Below the pieces are notes generated by a model, which saw only the letters and a program-made list of their open reading frames with translations, searched no databases and was not told the origin of the DNA. Source: Pseudovirgaria hyperparasitica (taxonomy: Eukaryota). Taken from it: 64,000 nucleotides of DNA. Positions 47,109 through 60,755 of this stretch are shown in pieces. The stretch is from the NCBI GenBank assembly GCA_010093815.1, contig ML996572.1. The stretch is one strand, 5' to 3'. Each line of letters starts with the position of its first letter. The first letter of the stretch is position 1. The position numbers and the translations under genes are program-made.

Positions 47109-48527
47109 TTAACATTTAACGGCAACGAAGCCGGCGAACAAGAATCTCGCCAAGACTAAGAACGCTGTGCCCAGGAGCATAATAGATCCCATGACCATCT
47201 GCGCGTATAGATAACCGCCGCTATGAGCCTGTATCAAAGCTCCAGCCAATGGTGGCCCTGCTAAGCATCCGACACTCAGCAAGGTGAACATCATGCCCAC
47301 ACGGACAGGGACCCTCGTTTTGTCCTTAGTAAGCGCAACAAGCGTTGATGGAAAGAGTGTCTGCACACTCGCACTCGCGAAGCCGTAGAAGATGGCCCAC
47401 GTCCACATGCCGCTGGGGCTATGGACGCCCGCCCAAGCGAGATTCAAGATAGCTGTACAGAGGACAACAGGGACGAGGACGTTTAAGCCGCCGTAGAAGC
47501 GGTCGGCAAGCAGGGCTGGGATCAGACGGCCGGGGAGTCCAATGGCATTTAGGGTTAGGAGGAGGGAGAGAGAGGTCGTGGAGGAGACATGGAGGATGTC
47601 CTCGGCGAACGGGGTGGTCTGTCCAACTGTCAGTATTGTGTCCTAATTGTGTCACTTTAGGCAGGTCTACGCACGTAGTATAGCGCGAAATACATGCCTA
47701 GAACGGCAAGTACTAATCCAATTGCAAACGTGACAAACACACGATCAGTGAAGGCAGTCATGTCGATGATGCGCCTGGCATTACTACTTGGTGGGGGTTT
47801 CGGCTTCAGGAGTAGAACGGCGAACACTGAGTTCAGCATTATGACGAAACCCATTGTTCGCTGCGACCACTTAAAGCCTTGTGCGGGCAGCATCTGTTGT
47901 GCAATCAGTGGGAAGATCACACCGCCAGTGTTCAATCCCGACGCGATTGCTGCGATAGCAACAGCACGCCGCTTTACAAAGTATGAGCTCACGAGTCCCA
48001 CAGTTGGAGCAAATGTCAGGCCCATGCCAACGCCTTGACAGAGACTTTGCGAGAGAAAGAAGTGCCAGTACTGTGTTCCCTCGGCGGATGTAAAGATACC
48101 CACAAGTTGCAGCACGATGCCAACAGCCAGAACGTGGCGGTAGTAGCCGGTAGTCAGAGCGTGCATAGAAAACGTGCTTAGGAAGAAGATCAAAAATAGC
48201 TGCACTGAACCTATCCATGAGACTGTGCTAGGAGAGACGCCGAGAGTTTCAGTGTAGTGAGCTTGGAACAGACCGTACGAGGTGATATAGCCCCATGAGT
48301 TGACTGTTAGGAGATGGCCACCAAGAACCTGCAACCAGGGCAGTAATCCTGTGTCAATATGCGGGTCGGCACTAGGAGCTGGTGCCTCTGAAGTTGATTT
48401 TCCAGGAGCTGTTTGTAAACAGTGTGAAGATCCTATGGATTGTCAGCTACTTATATCTGTGCATGTGGAAGTTTTACTAGCCTTTCTTAGTGCTATTGCA
48501 GGAACTAGCAGCTTTTTCAAGATCCAT
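47109..48527 (-). CDS. MFS transporter, monocarboxylate-permease-like, two introns
   Basis: WLQVLGGH..NSWGYITSYGLFQAHY, SWIGSVQ, YFVKRRAVA, GRLIPALLADRF, GPPLAGALI. The exons join in frame across the intron at ~47622-47677. The first intron appears to need a GC donor. Confidence 0.88.
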
Positions 48528-49900
48528 GTTACCAATACAAGGAGACTCAGAGAGTGGACCCATGAGCTATAGTATGAGCAATGTGTCCGGAGGTCTTTGG
48601 AGGAAGGCTTTCAAATATTTAGACAATGGAGATACTTGAGGGGCACAGTAAACGCTCTAGAGAAGGCTCAGCGTTTATAGTGCAATCTAGTCTGCCAAGT
48701 CATGTAGACCATTGATCGTGCGAGTAGTCATCCTTGATGATAGAGTAACCCAGACAGATATCTTTCATTCATTGGTGTAGAAGATGTCTGTGCTGCGTTT
48801 CATGTTTTCTTGCATCCATCGCAGAGAGCCTCGAGTGCCAAACGGCCGATGGATCTACACCGTCAAGTACCTAATTGCAGTTCGCTGTACTAGGAAGGTG
48901 GTTTCTGAGCCTCTGAAACGTGAGCATTTTGGGTCATCATACCTATAGGACATACCTATAGGTAGGTCTATAAATCCATGGTGCCGGTATTCCAAACTCA
49001 TACCTGCTCTCATCTGGTTCACTCTACTTTTAAGCCAGGACTGAGATGGACAACGAGCCGAACCAGGGCTCGGCTCGACTTCGCTGGCAGCCTGGCCGAG
49101 AACTCATTCAATTCGGACCGAATTGTAGATTGAAGACGGGAGGTCAAGCATGAACGAGGTATAACTATGAAGATAACAAAGCCCACGCGTATCTTGGAGT
49201 TAGTACATTAATCTATCATAGAGATTCGAATATGGAGATCCACGGGCAGCGACGAAAAAGTGATTGTGATTGTTGATAGAGGTGGGGGACTACTTGGCAG
49301 GCTGAATCTAATCCCTTTCGAGTTAGCTCTGCCAATATATTTACGCATCGGCCCAGACAGTATTACTAGACTTAGTCATCTCATAATACACGGCTTCCAG
49401 TAGGGGCTGCAATGCAAGTGGTCTCTTTCTTCCATGACTAATATAGCCAGTTCCACTCAGCCTACCAAGGTGTTGTTATATTTAGTTTACTGTTGTAAAA
49501 CACGACAATACCCAGCAAGAACCTGGTGTCAGCCTATTAAACGCGCGTATATACACGACCTCTCACAAGGTTTCCTATGTGTGTGTACACACACGCTGGT
49601 CCCGGCCCAACTTCTATTTACTTCACCTGACTAGCCCTTTCTTATAGTAGGTAGGTACCATTCTCTTGCTTGGAGGACCGCGACTGCTTCTTGATTTTTG
49701 AAGAAGATCTCTCAACGCCACTTTTCTCAAAGCTGTGTTCTGTCTTCTTCGTAAGTGTAACCTGTACATGGTTTATCAAGTTCGTCCCATGTTACTTCCC
49801 CGGAAGAGTCACCATTCCACATCAATTTCTCTATTGCTCTTTTCCTGCCAAGGCAGTTAAGCCATTTCAACAAACACTTTCGCGTCGCTCCAAAGTCACC

Positions 49901-52117
49901 ATGCCGCCTTCCGGATGGGCATTGCTCCAGGAAACCATACGCGCTGAACTAGAACTGCTGCCTGACCGCCCAACGCCTTCACAGATACTTCCACCGCCCA
50001 AACAAGCTGCCGCGTCTCCATTTGATAATTCAACGGTTAGTGGCGTGGCGACCAAAGGACCTCTAAGAGAGATCAACGCGACCTCAGCAGCTACCAATCA
50101 ATCAGTCCTTGACAGCGGAACTCACAGTATCTCCAACAGTACAACGGCACCTAAGCAAGAACAGGTCTCTCTCAATAACGAGACCGAACCGGTCGCAGAC
50201 TCAAACGAAGTGGAACCCTCCAATTCTCAGAAGTCAGCCTCTAGCTGTACTCGAGTTCCCGATTGCTCCCTGGCACGCGGTGAACTGGCACCCCTCAATC
50301 AGACATTCTGTCCCATCTTACTGTTCAGCAAATTTCCATATTGGTTCATTTCCAGAGAGTTTTCGGAGCGCGTCGCGGACGCTTTCTTCAACGGCGGTAA
50401 GTTTTGGGAGAGGACTTGGGACTTGTAAGTAATAGTTCTGCTGGTTTCTGCTGCTGCCGTCTCTAGCTGCTGAGATATCCTTCTGACATCTCTAAGGTAC
50501 TACTTCTGGGCACCGGAAGCGGCGAAGCCTCTATTCTTCATCACCGAACTTCAAGCTCAGCTACTGATCAACGAGATCAACGAAAAATTCAAGGATACTG
50601 GACTACAAGTAGTCTTGAGTGCCTCACAACGCCGCGAGAGTGGTCTGATCATCGACTTCTATGAGCCTCATCCACATCTTCGACCACGTTACCTAGGTCG
50701 ATCCCACACTCGCGACGAGAACCAAAATATGACGATCAATGCGCCCTCGGCGACCTTCCGACCACGTCATGAGGCTGAAGTCAGCCCTCCAGATGACAAT
50801 GAGTTGGAAGCATTCAAGGAGTGGTATGAAGAACAGGCGCAGAAGCAGAAGAGCAAGAGCAAGACCCTGAAAGCTAAGAAGAAGGAGGAGCGCATCATCA
50901 TTCAGAAGGGTTGTGTCAAACAGCTCAAGCGCACTCAGCGCTATCTTGGACTCAGGCCGAAGAAGCCTATCCAGCCACTTCATGATCCAGCTCTGTCAAG
51001 TTTCACGCCTGCTGAGCGCGAAGCTGCACAAGCCCAATGGGAAATTGATACCTTCATACCTCCACTCAATGTACTCGAACCAACTCCCTATGATTTCGAG
51101 AACTCTGTTGTTTTCATCGCCATCGACGTTGAAGCTTGGGAACGCAACCACAAGGTCATTACCGAGGTCGGAGTATCCACTCTTGACACGATGGACCTGA
51201 TCAACGTAGCGCCCGGCAAAGACGGCGAAGAATGGCGCAAGAAGATACGCACGCGACATATATGGATCAAGGAGAACATGCATCTGCGCAACCAGGACTT
51301 TGTACATGGATGCCCCGAGCGCTTCGAATTCGGCACATCCGAGCAAATCACCATGAATGAAGCCCGCCGCGAGATCGCAGCTTGCTTCCGCCCACCATAC
51401 AGCTCTACCACGCGGCCAGATTCGACAATTGAACGTAACATCATCGTCGTCGGCCACGATCCCAACCAAGACATCCGCTACCTAGCCTCTATGGGCAGCA
51501 ACCCACTCGACAACCGCGCCAACATCCTCGAGATCCTCGACACCGCAACCGTATACAAGACCTGGAAGCGCGAGACCCAAAGCACATCCCTCGGCTCCAT
51601 CCTCTACAACTTCGGCATCGTCGGCTGGAACCTGCACAACGCAGGCAACGACGCCCACTACACAATGGAAGCACTCGTCGCCATGGCCGTGCGCGAAGCC
51701 ACCCTCCACGGCACTAAAGCCCTCGAGCAACAGCGCGACCTGGAAAAAGCGACCAAAATCCTCGAGGCAACTACCTTGGCCGCAGTAGAAGCAGAGGAGA
51801 GGCTCGAGGGCTGGAGCTCTGCGGGCGAGGATGGTGGTGAGCCTGTCGCACCTGCAAAGGACGAGATTGTGCCGACGCCCGTGGCTGTCGTCGGTCGGGA
51901 TGGTACTACGTACTATGATACTAGAGGGGGCGGTCGAGGCGCTCGTCGTGGTGGCGGTCCACCACGTACCAGAGGCTTCAGCCAGCAGCAGGGCAGTCAG
52001 CGTACTGATTCGGAACAGATGGTGAAGCCTGGATATATGGCGTCGACATCGCAGGAGCAGGACTGGTCAGGTCTTAATGCTGCCATGACCAGCCCGCGCC
52101 CGAACGAGCGTAGTTAG
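49901..52117 (+). CDS. QDE-2-interacting protein (QIP)/Gfd2-YDR514C-like DEDD exonuclease
   Basis: AIDVEAWE, VGHD, ILDT and LHNAGNDA motifs. Intron 50425-50496 (GTAAGT..CTGAC..AAG) joins the two ORFs in frame. RGG-rich tail. Confidence 0.8.
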
Positions 52118-53056
52118 GGTAGTAGTGTTGACATGCATAGGTGAATCAACCCGTGTGTGCTGACGACAATACGTGTCACGAAAGCACGTGAATGACACTG
52201 ATACAAAGGACACTTGCCAAGGGCGATCACTGCAAAAGAAAGAAAAAAAAGGACGAGCTCTTAAAGTGGAGAACTGTTTCATTAATGCATGTGCATGGAG
52301 CATGAACTACGATTGCAAAACTGTTGGTTCAGCGCTGGAGTTGCGGAAAAGCCTCTATTTTAATGCATGCGTAGGGCGTGATGGGTGGATGGATGGAAGT
52401 ACAAGCAAGTGCTGAAAAGAAAACAAAAGCATTAATAGAAGGCGTTGGCTCTGCATTCTTTTTCTTTCTTCTCTTTCCATGGCATTAGGAGCTCTAGGAG
52501 CAATTGATAGAGCGCCGTCTAATAATACCCTATACCCCCTTTCCACACAGACACCTAGGCAACTAGTACTGGTAGCTAATTCGTGCTCGTACCTAAATTG
52601 CAAGTTATATTTATTACCTTAGGTTCAGTCAACTTTGCAGCTACCAAGGACGTCATTGTTGTAATCGGTTTACACGGTTAATACGCCGGTTGCGGTCATC
52701 GGCTCATGGCATCCTGTGAAACACTACAAGGAAGCGGGCTTGAAATGACTCATGACTATTATACGGACCTGAACCTCCCTACCTAAAAGTCCCGGTAGCG
52801 TAGCAGTGATGCATATGAAGCTGATGTACAGTCTTCCACGCGCGCGCTCGATCGCTCAACAACATTTCGTTCGGCTTCGAAAGAAACCATATATGCCCGG
52901 CACCGTCAATGCAAACCCAACCAGCCCACCTATACTCTCATTCATGTGCGTTGTGTTGCTTTTCGTCATCGGTCGTAAGATGCACGCTCTATCATATCAT
53001 CCGTGCCACCCCTTTCACTTCTTGGTAGAATGCATCTCAACGTTCGATGCGGGTAT

Positions 53057-54215
53057 TTAGAAAGTCTCCTCCTCGACTTCGCCCTCGGTCTCAGCGGGGA
53101 TCTCAAAGCCCTCCTGGGCATAATGTCAGTTTCTGTGTCTAGGTACACACAAGCAAGGAAAGAAAAGAAATACCCTCGCTTACCTCGGTCGAGTACAAGA
53201 TAGTCTGGATCTGCTTGAGTAGGCCACCCTCATCTTTCTCGAGCTCGGGCTCCGCCTCCATTGCTTGCTGGATCAACAGCTCAATGTCGCGCAGCTTGCT
53301 GAAGTAGAAGTCACGCTCGCGCTCGAGGCCGGTCACTGTCTCCTTAAGGACGTCGTTCTCCTGTCTAAGCTGTGCGCTGGCAGCGCCTCCGGCAGCAGCG
53401 CCTGCTTGTGGTGTTCGGGTACGTGGTGCGGCGCCGCCTGTAGGTGCACGGCGGGCTGCACCTCCGCCTGCACGTGGTGCGGCAGCGGCTGGGGGAGCTC
53501 CAGATGCCTTCCGTCGTGAGATAGCATCGTAGTCACCGCCAGGGAAGAACTGGTCCCAGTGGCGCTTGATCCACTGGAGGAACTCGAGGTTGTCCTGCAT
53601 CTTACATTTTATGAGGGACTCGACAGGGACTGGGCGATCGACTTGGTGCTTGGTAAAGGTGTCTGTCCATCAATGGTCAATTATGACCGTGGAACAACCA
53701 TGTTGCTAGCGTGACCTGGTGGGAAGAAGATAACGGAATTGAACGTACTCTGTAGTATCTTGAAGTTTTGTAGGTAGGCATATTCAGTGTTGACGTTGAA
53801 CTTGACACGAGACATCGGTACATCAACTGAGTTTGCTGTCAGCGATTGCTTCAGCATCACCGAGTTGAACTATGATACGTACGGTAGATGCTGTCCATAA
53901 TCTGACAGAAAGCAGCTCTATGTTTTTGTGTCAGCTATGCTACATGGGCGGTTTCCAGATATTTTTCCTAGGAAGCTGAAAACCGCGACCGCGACGTGCG
54001 ATATGGCTCGTTGCAATGGCCGAGTTGAAGGGAAGATTGCTTCGCACCCTGTACCGCATTGCTCGACCTTGGTGACATTCAGTTGTAGAAGGCTATTTAA
54101 CCATTGCAGGAGCTCTTGTCTACGGCACATATGTCAGCTCTCGATGAATTCCAGGGAGCGTAGAGGGACGGCTATAGGAGATTAGGCTGCAAGATCCGTA
54201 CCTTGATTCTCCCAT
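53057..54215 (-). CDS. BIM1: EB1-family microtubule plus-end-binding protein, multi-exon
   Basis: MGESR/QELLQWLN..KVEQCGTG, MQDNLEFLQW, LERERDFYFSKLRDIELL, C-terminal EEETF. Confidence 0.95.
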
Positions 54216-54727
54216 CTTGAGTGAAGCGACAATTCGTGTCGTAAACAATAAGAGTCAACTAGCGATGAGAACGGACTTAACAAGACTGAGTATATAGCGG
54301 TGGAAGGTCGGTATATGTAACAGCGAGCAGGTTCTGGTAAGAAGATTCAAAGTGTTTTGCCTGCAGAAAAGATGCGTTGTGTTGATGAAGCTCATTCGTT
54401 GGCGGGGATATGATCGCCCACGCGCTAAAATTCCACACGCCCCTCGCACGTGATGACGCGCTGGCCGGTAAAGTTACGAAGTCTTTCGGGACGCGGCAAA
54501 ATTATCTGTTCGTCGGAGCGAACGGGGATTGCAGACTAGAAATAACGTCACGCTTGGGAGTCACTGAAAACCTGGAGAATGCCCTTGATTCGATCTTATT
54601 CGTTTCAAACTGAGTCTGCAAGCAGGGTAGGTATATCCATCTAAACGCCTCCTACACTTCAATTGTAGAAATGCCTTCACACGTTGTGTATCAACTCATG
54701 CACTGTACAAACATCTTATCTGCATCC

Positions 54728-56104
54728 TTAGCCTGAGTGCCTTTCAGCGTCACTTGACTTGGCCTCTCCATCAAATCGAACAGGGGCCCTAGTCCTCTTG
54801 AATTCACCAAATAGTGATACAGCTACCCATGCGACAAAGACGACTCCAGCGATCACACCGTAGGCAATCTCACCACTCTTTGAGTTGTCAGCCAGCTTCA
54901 AACCCAGTCCACCGTTGATCATGCCGAGGGTGATGAGAGCACGACCAAGCCAGATATGAGCGTGAGAGACGATAGTGCGGCGTCCATGCTTCTTGTAGCC
55001 GAGATGGTGCAAGAATCCACCAATAGGTTGGACCCACATGAGAGCAAAGACAACGAGACCGATAATGGGATGATATTCGGAGAGCTAAGATGGGTCAGAA
55101 AGGTATGTTTGCGTGTAGATCGACCAACTTACGTAGTTGAGCTTTGTCGCAATGTAGATTCCCAGACCAACAGCAGCGGTGAGCAGGAAGAGTGCCAGCA
55201 TCTGAATCCCAGCATGCACCCAGATCAATCCCGAGAAGCTAAACAGACGGATAGTTATAGAGCCCAGCGGGAAGAAAATGACCATTGCAAGCGATGCTAA
55301 AACACCGTGAGCAATAAGCATGGTCATAGAAAATGGACCACTAGACGGCTCTATCTGGTTTCCTCCATTGCCATTGCCATTGCCATTTCCATTGCCCTGA
55401 CCGCCACCGGTCGATGGTGGAGGAGTGGTGTTACTATCGACGAATGGATTGACGCTGCTGCCACCTTTAGCTGAGGTCATGTCCCAGTTGAATGCGGCAT
55501 GCGCTGTGTTGTGCTGTCTGATCGTTGCAGATGTATCGTCAGAATTGATACTAGAGCCTGTGTATGCCGCATGGATCCAGCTTGCTTGGTTATCCGTGAA
55601 ATCCATAGTACCTCCACTCCAGGAGTTGCAGCTGGAGCCTGTCTATGATTAGCATTGAGGTGGATTTGGAATGAGACTTGGTACATTTGAAATTGGCAAT
55701 CATCATGCCGTCACTAACGCCGGTCCCTTCGAGCATGGTGATTTGAGCATCAGCGTTGTGACGCGGCATGATATAGCCAGTTCCGATGCGCGGCGAAACG
55801 GTGACGTTGCTTCCGTCGCCCGAGGTATAGGCCACGAAGATTTGAGCACCGTCCATGCCACGGCCTTGACCTACTGCAACCCATGAGTAGGACGTTGGCG
55901 CCTTGATTTGCAGAAAGATGTCGCCATTGCCGCTTTGGGCAGTAGACTGTGGAATGTTAAGTTGATAGCAAATGTCATCATAACATTGCTCTGACAGCTG
56001 AGCCAGAGCTGTAGCGCCTGTGGGGAAGTTAGTTTGATGCGCAGAAAGGAAGTAGAGGGAGCCATACTCAAGCCCAGCAACGATGTAAGGATAGATGACT
56101 TCAT
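54728..56104 (-). CDS. Secreted/membrane CDH-cytochrome (DOMON-like) plus cytochrome b561 protein, multi-exon
   Basis: Signal peptide MKSSILTSLLGL, WVAVGQGRGMDGA, VSPR, transmembrane helices with His residues (IAHG, VHAG, HPIIG, AHIWLGR), and a GN-repeat linker. Confidence 0.85.
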
Positions 56105-59100
56105 GTTGCGATGGATGATTAGGTGTGAGGCGGCGGCAAGGAATGTTGAACAAGGCTGAATGAGAGAGCAGCTTCGGACAGGGTGAGTCCTTGAGAGAAG
56201 GCTCGACGGCGATAGTGTTGTTTATAGATGGCAGGAGCGATGCGGAGATGTATGCCAGAGAGCCTTTGAGCCGGCGAGATAGCAGACGTAAGAAAAGGAA
56301 GCCCAACTGCTGGGCTGACGCAGAACGAGAAGAATGATAAAGAGCCAAGAACGGCGAGGTAAGACCAGCAGGGCTGGGATAAGTAATAGAAGAGAGGCTG
56401 AAGGCTGATGTATCGTTAAAAGACAAAAAAGGCAGGGAGATTATGAGACGCCGGTTAGGGCGATACCCGAACGGTGACCAGTAGTAGTGCGAAGGGCAAA
56501 GGGTAAAGTGTGGAGTGAGTGAATCAAGATGGCTGTGCGGGCCGCGCGATTGAGCAGACTGTGACTAGGCTGTGCTATGTATACCTACCTGCCCTTGTGA
56601 TGCCTGCTGGTGCTTGTAAGTCTGAACACAGAGAATGGTAAATGCAATCATTACGCATGCTATATCTATCATACATGTGGGCAGAGTCCAGGAGCAGAGA
56701 AAAGAAAAAGCCACCAAGGCTCGTCCAGTCGCGCACCGGGAAAACACGCTGATGCGACGATGCAGCCAAGCGGCATGGCGGCAGGGCCCACCCAGCATCC
56801 TGACCAGCCATGAACGGATGAGATTGGACAGAAAAAGACAGACAATGAAGTGAATCCGCAAAATGAGGAGGTCCATGAGGTCCAGATGCGGAGCCAGTCT
56901 AGCCTTCAGCGGAGAGCCGGTGATTAAATTTAGTTGAATGACACCAGAAGCATTTCAATAAGATGGTTGAGTTCGACCAGAATGAGAAGAGCAGGCATCT
57001 ATATCGAACCGTGTCGGGCGATACAGGATGAATACATGTCATCACTCGGGCTTTGCCTAATACCTGGCATTATTAGTTGTCTGAACAGGCGCCGAGTAAT
57101 CAGGAATCGTGCTTTGAAGTCTTGGGAGCGAGAGATGAGGTGTCGTCGAGGCGGAGCATGAACCAGGGGTTTGTGCGCGTCCAATCAGACGAGGGCTATT
57201 TGCAAGGGGCTCTGTCAAAACAACTAAAGATGCATCCAACGCCCAGGCGCAAGACGCACGACGAACGAGTCTTGTCACTTTGAAACCTCAATGTTTTACA
57301 AGCCCTTTGCCCTCATATAGTGGACTGCCTACATTACGCGTCTTGCCTTGGCGCATCATCCTCAGCTCTGATTCCTGACTGCTGCTTATCAACACTCACG
57401 GAAGAGTCCCGTCCGCGGATCGGACTACTTGAACGTCCAGCATCCTGCTTGAGGTCCATAGTTACCGACCGCTGTTGCTGTCCACGGGGCATATCTCCAC
57501 TCCACATGCCATCGTCCACACTCAACACCATCTAATCGCTCGACCATGATTTGCCTGCTGGGTGCTAGGCGCAATGGACTTGCCATGGACTAGAGTAGTT
57601 GGGATCATGGAAGCTCGAGATGCCGTACAAGAAGGCTAGGCCAAAAGCAGATACCACTCCAGGAAGCCCTAGGTCCACTGATACCTAGGTAGGTATCAAG
57701 TATCAAGTTCAACATCTCGCCACTGTTACTTCCCTGTTCTGGATTAGTTCACGTAGTTTCGCGACGGTTGGAATATAAGAACAAATATATTGCGGGGTAG
57801 CGCGATCTTCTCACCTATACACACACCTACGTCGGACGTCGATCGCGCACCGCCTGGTTGCGTGTGCACGTCTGCCGAGGATATGCTGTACGCGGGTTCC
57901 ATGATGATACACCGGTCTAATTACCGTACCTTGCACCTATGCCATCTATCACGCACTTTGCTCATTGACTGCTCTTAGAACTGGTGCTTGGTGCATAGTC
58001 TTGCAATGATCCAACCTTATCAGGAAAATTTTGGCATCGCGTGACCATTGGAGATGCATTTGTTATGTAGAACATGCGTATTCGTGTGATGATCACATAA
58101 TTTCGCACACTCACACAGCAGTCACACCAACGAATAGTCGATATCAATGTCCAAATCGCCGTCCTCGGCGATGCCTCATTGTTTTATCTGATCCCTCGAT
58201 CGTAGCGCCTACCGATGGACAGGCTTCTATGCCCGCACGCTCCAAACGTTAGGTGCTCGTGTAACGCCTCTAACGTTTCCAAAATAGGCCTTAGATCACA
58301 ATGCAGTGGTCTGGTCATAGCATCGTGTTCTGTTATATGACATTTGACAAGGTTAATTATTGTAAGCAAGTGTAAGCCTACCAATATTAGCAGGGATCAC
58401 CTTCACCTTCCTGCACATTGCAAATATGAGCTAATCATGCAGAAATAGACTCCTCCGACTGTCAGATTGCCAACCGTAGCATAGTACTCGTCAATTCTTC
58501 CCTTTCGATCTACATGGCACTTCAGACATCCATCCTTCTGGAAGCCTTACTCTACAGTCATAATATATATCTTTTGAGTGTCGTATTGAGCGTTGGTACT
58601 GCCCCGTTACTAGAGGTCCACTTCATCGCGACATTAATCTCTATGAGACGTCTACAGATTCCTGCTCATCTTCCCGAGGTTTTGCAGCTCGCTATTAACT
58701 ACATCCCGCTATGTGCTTCAGTGATCCTGCGACAATGTTGAGAATCGCTAACAAACGAGCAAATGTTTCGGCAAGATCGCTGCGGAACAGTCCGTCCTCA
58801 TGTCAGAGAATAAGTCATTGACGGTTGGGCACTTTGCAAACTGCTATTATCGCAGTCTGAGGCATTAAGGTCTTGATGACTGGAAAGTAGTATATGAATA
58901 CAATTGCATTTCTCCTACTCTTACAATGCCCGAATCAAGATCGTGGCTTAAGCTGATAGCTAATAATAACGAATGAATAGTTGGACCCGCTAAGTCCGGA
59001 GCGCCACCTGACGTCTTTAGCCCCGTACCAGTACCTGACGCCTGAACCCTGAGCTCCACTACCAAACCACGATTGCCTACAGGAATTGTTTCCTTCTCAC

Positions 59101-59234
59101 AAGAAACTCTAGATGAGCATCCCTGCTTAGGCATCCTCATAACACTGTTGATAACCAGCGAGCAAACCGTCGCTTACAGAACTGCCTGCATCGCAAGTAA
59201 TTATAAAGCAGCAAAATACACCGAAGAAATCGTC

Positions 59235-60359
59235 ATGTCTCCGCCTCGCGAGATCACAATACCAATAACCTCCACCACCTCCGACGCAAAGCCATACACC
59301 CTCTATCACATCCGCGTTGCACAACCAAACTCCCTAAGACACAACATCCAGAAAAAGCGATACTCCGAATTCACCGATCTCAACACGGCTCTCCACAGCC
59401 AGACGGGCAGCTACCCACCCGCCTCACTACCGGCAAAGTCCTGGTTCGCACGCACAGTCAACAATGCCGAACTCACAGGAGAGCGCCGTCGAGGACTCGA
59501 GACATACCTGAAGGAAATCGAAAAAGCAATCGACTCAAAATGGAAGAACGCGCCTGCATACCGGGAATTCCTGGGTCTGAACGACGAAAGTAGCGCGACG
59601 GACAGGCTGAGCAGTGCTGTTGGCTCCTCCAAGACACCCGAGATCAGGACCGCAAGCGCCTGGCTCGACACGTATGCCGAGCTCAAGACGAAGCTCCAGC
59701 AAGCGCGTCTCTTCCTAACCAGGCGCGAGCAAGCCACGAGCCCAGCAACGCAGAACGATGCCTCCGTAAACGCGAAGAAATGCCTCATGCAGGCCTCCAG
59801 TTTCATAATGGCCCTGGAGTCTGGCCTTGCACTGCTGAGCGGGAAGAAAGGCACCACGGACGACGGGGGCTGGGCGATTGAGCGGCTCGGCGACGGCGAG
59901 ATACGGCGGCGCAGAGACATGATTAGCACGGCGAAGAAGGAACGGGAGGGCCTAGACGGCGTTCTGAGTGCGGCTATACCGAGTAGGAACGCACATACGC
60001 CGCGTCCTGGATCGTCTTCTTCGTCAGGTCCGGCTCTCCAGGACGCCAAGGCTAGCCTGTTCCAGGGCAGCAGTATTGGACAATCGTCGCGGAGAGTGTT
60101 GGGTGCACCGAAGGAGACGGAGAGGACGCGGGAGTTGGATAACGAAGGGGTGCTGCAGCTGCAGAAACAGATCATGCAGGAGCAGGACGAGGATGTGTTT
60201 GATTTGACAAAGGCAGTGCGACGCATGAAGGAGATGGGAATACAGATCAACGAGGAGCTGCATGACCAGAACGAGTTACTGGAAATGCTGGATGGAGACG
60301 TGGAGCGCGTGGATGGCAAGATACGGATTGCCAACAAGAGAATGAACAAGATCAAGTGA
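59235..60359 (+). CDS. VAM7: PX-domain Qc-SNARE (Vam7-like)
   Basis: PX motifs KPYTLY, KRYSEF, RRRGLETYL. C-terminal SNARE helix ELDNEGVLQLQKQIMQEQD..INEELHDQNELL, with no TM segment. Confidence 0.92.
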   Translation: MSPPREITIPITSTTSDAKPYTLYHIRVAQPNSLRHNIQKKRYSEFTDLNTALHSQTGSYPPASLPAKSWFARTVNNAELTGERRRGLETYLKEIEKAIDSKWKNAPAYREFLGLNDESSATDRLSSAVGSSKTPEIRTASAWLDTYAELKTKLQQARLFLTRREQATSPATQNDASVNAKKCLMQASSFIMALESGLALLSGKKGTTDDGGWAIERLGDGEIRRRRDMISTAKKEREGLDGVLSAAIPSRNAHTPRPGSSSSSGPALQDAKASLFQGSSIGQSSRRVLGAPKETERTRELDNEGVLQLQKQIMQEQDEDVFDLTKAVRRMKEMGIQINEELHDQNELLEMLDGDVERVDGKIRIANKRMNKIK

Positions 60360-60755
60360 GATCTCCTGAGTCGATGATGAGATTCTCTATGGAATGGATG
60401 GTCCAACACGACTGCATTGAACAGGCGTCTTTGTGCATTTCAGCGATCATCGTTATTAGCTTATGAGCCTTTTCAACTCTCAGGTCATCCACCAAGACCG
60501 CACATTGATAGTCTGGATGGTATAATATATGTAGATGTACAGATGGGAGTAATATATACAATGTAGGAATACGCTCAAGGCGATCATCCTGTCACCCATA
60601 TGGAGTGGTGAAGCACCCAGGTAGTATGCCCAAGCCGTAAGAAACGCCGCGCTGATGCTCCTCTCTGCTACTGACTTCGCACCACATTTTACATCCTTTG
60701 CCATAGCCCCATATCATACAGTCTCCTTCCCTCTCCTTCTCCCTCCCTCAGCCCC

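Noticed and set aside
48938..48970. Duplicated CATACCTATAGG and TAGGTAGGT motifs (also ~49646, ~57681)
   Set aside because: Common low-complexity motif in fungal intergenic DNA, with no evidence of a specific function.
49901..52117. RNAi-related QIP-like gene near the transposon block as a linked defence system or cluster member
   Set aside because: It is the first of a run of conserved housekeeping genes; proximity alone is not evidence.
56105..59234. 3.1-kb region with many 60-100 aa ORFs
   Set aside because: No motifs, codon bias or coherent splice pattern seen; treated as divergent intergenic DNA.
59411..60409. 332-aa antisense ORF over VAM7 (similarly 62044-62709 over RLP24)
   Set aside because: Antisense shadows expected from GC3-rich coding sequence.
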